Translations under genes and position numbers: made by a program | The notes under the pieces: generated by a model | Told to the model about the DNA's origin: nothing | What the model saw: the letters and a program-made list of their open reading frames with translations, nothing else | Databases searched by the model: none | NCBI GenBank assembly: GCA_964195515.1 | Contig: CAXMQO010000036.1 | Coordinates: 1-58,959, forward strand | Reading direction: 5' to 3' | Length of the DNA: 58,959 nt | DNA from: an uncultured Saprospiraceae bacterium | GTDB lineage: Bacteria > Actinomycetota > Acidimicrobiia > Spongiisociales > UBA5794 | Part shown: positions 56,425-58,959 of the stretch, piece by piece | How positions within the stretch are numbered: position 1 is the stretch's first letter | Layout: every line of letters begins with the position of its first letter

Positions 56425-57387
56425 CTACTCGTCGAGCGACTCTGATTCTGCTTGGTCCGGCTTGCGGCGACGGATGGCCCTGATCGCCATCCAGAGGCCG
56501 AGGCCGATCAGGGCCAAGAGGATGAATGGGAATGCGAAGGCTGCGCCGATGATGAGACCGCCGACCGTCGCGAACAACACTTCACCCGCCTGGTCGATCG
56601 CCTCTTCGAGCACTCCCGGGTCGTCCGGTTCCTCGATCGGCGTGCTCCCCGGTACCTCTGTCAGGCCAACGGTGAGTGTTGAAAAGCTGGTACGGCTGTC
56701 CAAGTAGCGGAGCCGCCCCTCGGTCTGCTCGATGTTCAGCAGCACATCCTGCATCCGGGTCTGGATCGTCACGAGATCGTCGATTTCTGTTGCCTCAGCC
56801 ATGAGGCGGGTGTAGAACTCCTCCTGGGTCTTCCAATAGCGAAGTCGCCCCTCGAGATCCACATACTCCTCGGTCACGTCCTGGCTCGACACATTGAGAC
56901 TCAACCGCTCGCCCAGACCATCCACCCGATCGAGAGCGTCATCGAAGCGGTCCTCGGGAATCCGCATTGTCAACCAACCGACGGTGTAGTTGACGCCGTC
57001 GATCTCCTGGAGGTAGGTCTCGCCGGCAGTGATGTAGCCGCCGAGGTCCTGGGCGATGCTCCGAAGCTGCGATGAAATCTGGCCGAACGTCCCGACTTCA
57101 ACTCTCAACTCGACGCGACCATCGCGGATCACCTTGAGTCCGTCGGGCACATCGGTGCCGATGGGAGCCGCTATGGCGATCATCTGCGTCTCTTCCATGT
57201 CAACGTCGCCGGACGCCATGTTCTCGTCCGAGGCGTACGCCACCGTGGTGACATACTCCTCCGCGCCGTATCCGATGGTTTCGGATGCTTCGCCGGAGTC
57301 GCCGCTGCAGGCCCCCAGCAACAGAACGGCGGCCAGCGAGGCCGCCACCGCAATTCGAGTCTTCCCCGTCAGGTCGGAAATCGTCAT
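56425..57387 (-). CDS. DUF4349 domain lipoprotein
   Basis: Lipobox LGAC, MRIPEDRFD, DVTEEYVDLEGRL, EQTEGRLRYL, C-terminal TM. Confidence 0.85.
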   Translation of the reverse strand: MTISDLTGKTRIAVAASLAAVLLLGACSGDSGEASETIGYGAEEYVTTVAYASDENMASGDVDMEETQMIAIAAPIGTDVPDGLKVIRDGRVELRVEVGTFGQISSQLRSIAQDLGGYITAGETYLQEIDGVNYTVGWLTMRIPEDRFDDALDRVDGLGERLSLNVSSQDVTEEYVDLEGRLRYWKTQEEFYTRLMAEATEIDDLVTIQTRMQDVLLNIEQTEGRLRYLDSRTSFSTLTVGLTEVPGSTPIEEPDDPGVLEEAIDQAGEVLFATVGGLIIGAAFAFPFILLALIGLGLWMAIRAIRRRKPDQAESESLDE

Positions 57388-57588
57388 CAGATTCTCTCCT
57401 CGTTGGGTGCGATCCGGCGTCTACGCCGGTCCTCATCCGGTATGACGGTTGAGAGTCGGATCCAGGTTCTCGGCTTCAGGGTGCTCAGCGAAGCCCGGCC
57501 GCCAACTGCGGTAACGCGTATCCTTCGCCCGTCGGTCTCGACGAGGGACTCCGCCGGTTGACGTGAATCCGTTCGCTACGCTCCCGGC

Positions 57589-58428
57589 ATGGAACCCACC
57601 TCACCCGTCACCGTCGAGCGCCGCGACCATGTTGCCGTGGTGTGGCTCGACCGGCCCGACCAACGCAACGCACTCGCCCCGGCATTTTGGACCTCATTCC
57701 CGACCGTCATCGATGAGTTGGGTGACGATCCCGAGATTCGCGCCGTTGTCGTAGCTGCGAAGGGACCGGCCTTCACCGTCGGGATCGATCTGAAGGCGTT
57801 TGGGCCAGCGCTCGTCACCGGGAACATCGATCCCACAGCGCCGGCGCCTGCCTCTCCCGTTGCTCAGCGCACCCAGACACTTCGTCTCGTCAAGACGATG
57901 CAACGGACCTTCTCCTCGCTGGCCGCGTGTCCGAAGCCGGTGATCGCAGCGATTCATGGATTCTGCATCGGAGCGGGTGTCGACCTCATCACTGCGTGCG
58001 ACATCCGCTACTCCGCAGTAGACGCGGTCTTCTCGATCCGAGAGACCAGACTCGCGATGGTGGCCGACGTAGGGACACTCCAGCGCCTCCCGAGGATCAT
58101 CGACCCCGGCAGCGTCGCCGAACTCGCTTACACCGGCCGCGACTTCGACGCCGGTGAGGCTGCCCTACTCGGTCTCGTCACCCGCCTACTGCCCGACGCG
58201 GAAGCCACCATCGCCGCGGCGATCGAGACCGCAGAAGCCATCGCAGCGAATTCCCCGCTGGCCGTTCAGGGCACAAAGGCAGTTCTTCGAGCGGGCGATG
58301 GTCGAACCGTCGACGAAGCCCTCGACTACGTGGCTCTCTGGAACGCCGCCTTCCTCCACTCGAACGACCTCGGCGAAGCAATGGCATCGTTCATGGAACG
58401 AAGAGACCCAGAATTCCGTGGCGAGTAG
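57589..58428 (+). CDS. Crotonase/enoyl-CoA hydratase family (dienoyl-CoA isomerase-like)
   Basis: LDRPDQRNAL, FTVGIDL, HGFCIGAGVDL, ADVGTLQRL. Confidence 0.9.
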   Translation: MEPTSPVTVERRDHVAVVWLDRPDQRNALAPAFWTSFPTVIDELGDDPEIRAVVVAAKGPAFTVGIDLKAFGPALVTGNIDPTAPAPASPVAQRTQTLRLVKTMQRTFSSLAACPKPVIAAIHGFCIGAGVDLITACDIRYSAVDAVFSIRETRLAMVADVGTLQRLPRIIDPGSVAELAYTGRDFDAGEAALLGLVTRLLPDAEATIAAAIETAEAIAANSPLAVQGTKAVLRAGDGRTVDEALDYVALWNAAFLHSNDLGEAMASFMERRDPEFRGE

Positions 58429-58466
58429 CAAGACATAGGCCGGGTCGAGTGTTGTGTGTTGCCACT

Positions 58467-58498
58467 GATCTACCGCTCTACTGGGCTACTGATCTACT
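58467..58498. repeat. Reverse-complement octamer tandem (AGTAGNNN)n
   Basis: Minus strand AGTAGATC AGTAGCCC AGTAGAGC GGTAGATC. Confidence 0.6.
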
Positions 58499-58639
58499 CA
58501 CTCCGACGGCGCAGCCGTTGGAATAGGGCATAATGGGGTCATGTTCGGGACCCCCCAGACCGACCGCGGCCACCTCTTCGCCTCCCCGTAGGGACGGGTG
58601 AGTTCCGTACGCCCGCACCCCCGAACAAGGAGGAATACC

Positions 58640-58959
58640 GTGACCGACCTCTCCACCCGACTCCACAACACCATCGCCCCCGTCATCGTGTTCGACTCCG
58701 AGATCGAGATCGTCGATGGCCAGGGAAGCTGGGTCACCGCTGCCGACGGCAAGCGCTACCTAGACTTCACCTGCGGCATTGCCGTAACCAATCTCGGACA
58801 TCGTCCCCCAACCCTCGAAGCCGCCGCCCAGGACCAACTATCGCGTCTCTGGCACACCGGTAGCTCATACCTGTACGACTCGATCATCAACGCAGGTGAG
58901 AAGATCATCGAGGTCGCCCCCGATAGCGTCGAGCAGGTGTTTTTCGTGAACTCGGGTGC
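58640..58959 (+). CDS. Class III aminotransferase, 5' part only
   Basis: AGGAGG then GTG; GQGSWVTAADGKRYLDFTCGIAVTNLGH, VFFVNSG; runs off the window. Confidence 0.88.
   Translation, partial: MTDLSTRLHNTIAPVIVFDSEIEIVDGQGSWVTAADGKRYLDFTCGIAVTNLGHRPPTLEAAAQDQLSRLWHTGSSYLYDSIINAGEKIIEVAPDSVEQVFFVNSG

Overview
High-GC actinobacterial chromosomal window (probably Acidimicrobiia; inferred from gene content and the Thr/Ala-linker lipoproteins). No rRNA, tRNA, CRISPR array, integrase or transposase was recognised. About 46 kb is taken up by two back-to-back catabolic regulons, each traceable through a repeated operator. (1) A LacI-type regulon (about 1-21.8 kb; operator GCAAWCGATTGC, 4 copies) with kdgK/eda, a Liv-type ABC transporter, a flavin oxidoreductase-GH88-SDR operon and Thermotoga-type iolN/iolO genes. 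(2) A putative GntR regulon (about 22-47 kb; operator TCGATAATCGATTAT, 4 copies) with two xanthine-dehydrogenase-family molybdoenzyme trios, a cyclase-family hydrolase, an orphan phenylphosphate-synthase-A-like phosphohistidine protein lacking its ATP-binding partner, an HprK-like P-loop protein, a second Liv-type ABC transporter, a PTP-type phosphatase, a PPDK that has lost its pyruvate-binding barrel and is fused to an Rv1126c-like domain, a Tm-1-like protein and MmsA. The second regulon is the best candidate for an undescribed system. The last 12 kb is mostly housekeeping/accessory genes with short intergenic repeats and a variant purM. Two small pseudogene remnants were found. Four real genes have the wrong strand in the supplied ORF track (lacI 7182-8216, 37816-38508 and 55781-56389 are +; the isochorismatase 50938-51582 is -). 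Family assignments come from motifs recalled from memory, not from database searches.
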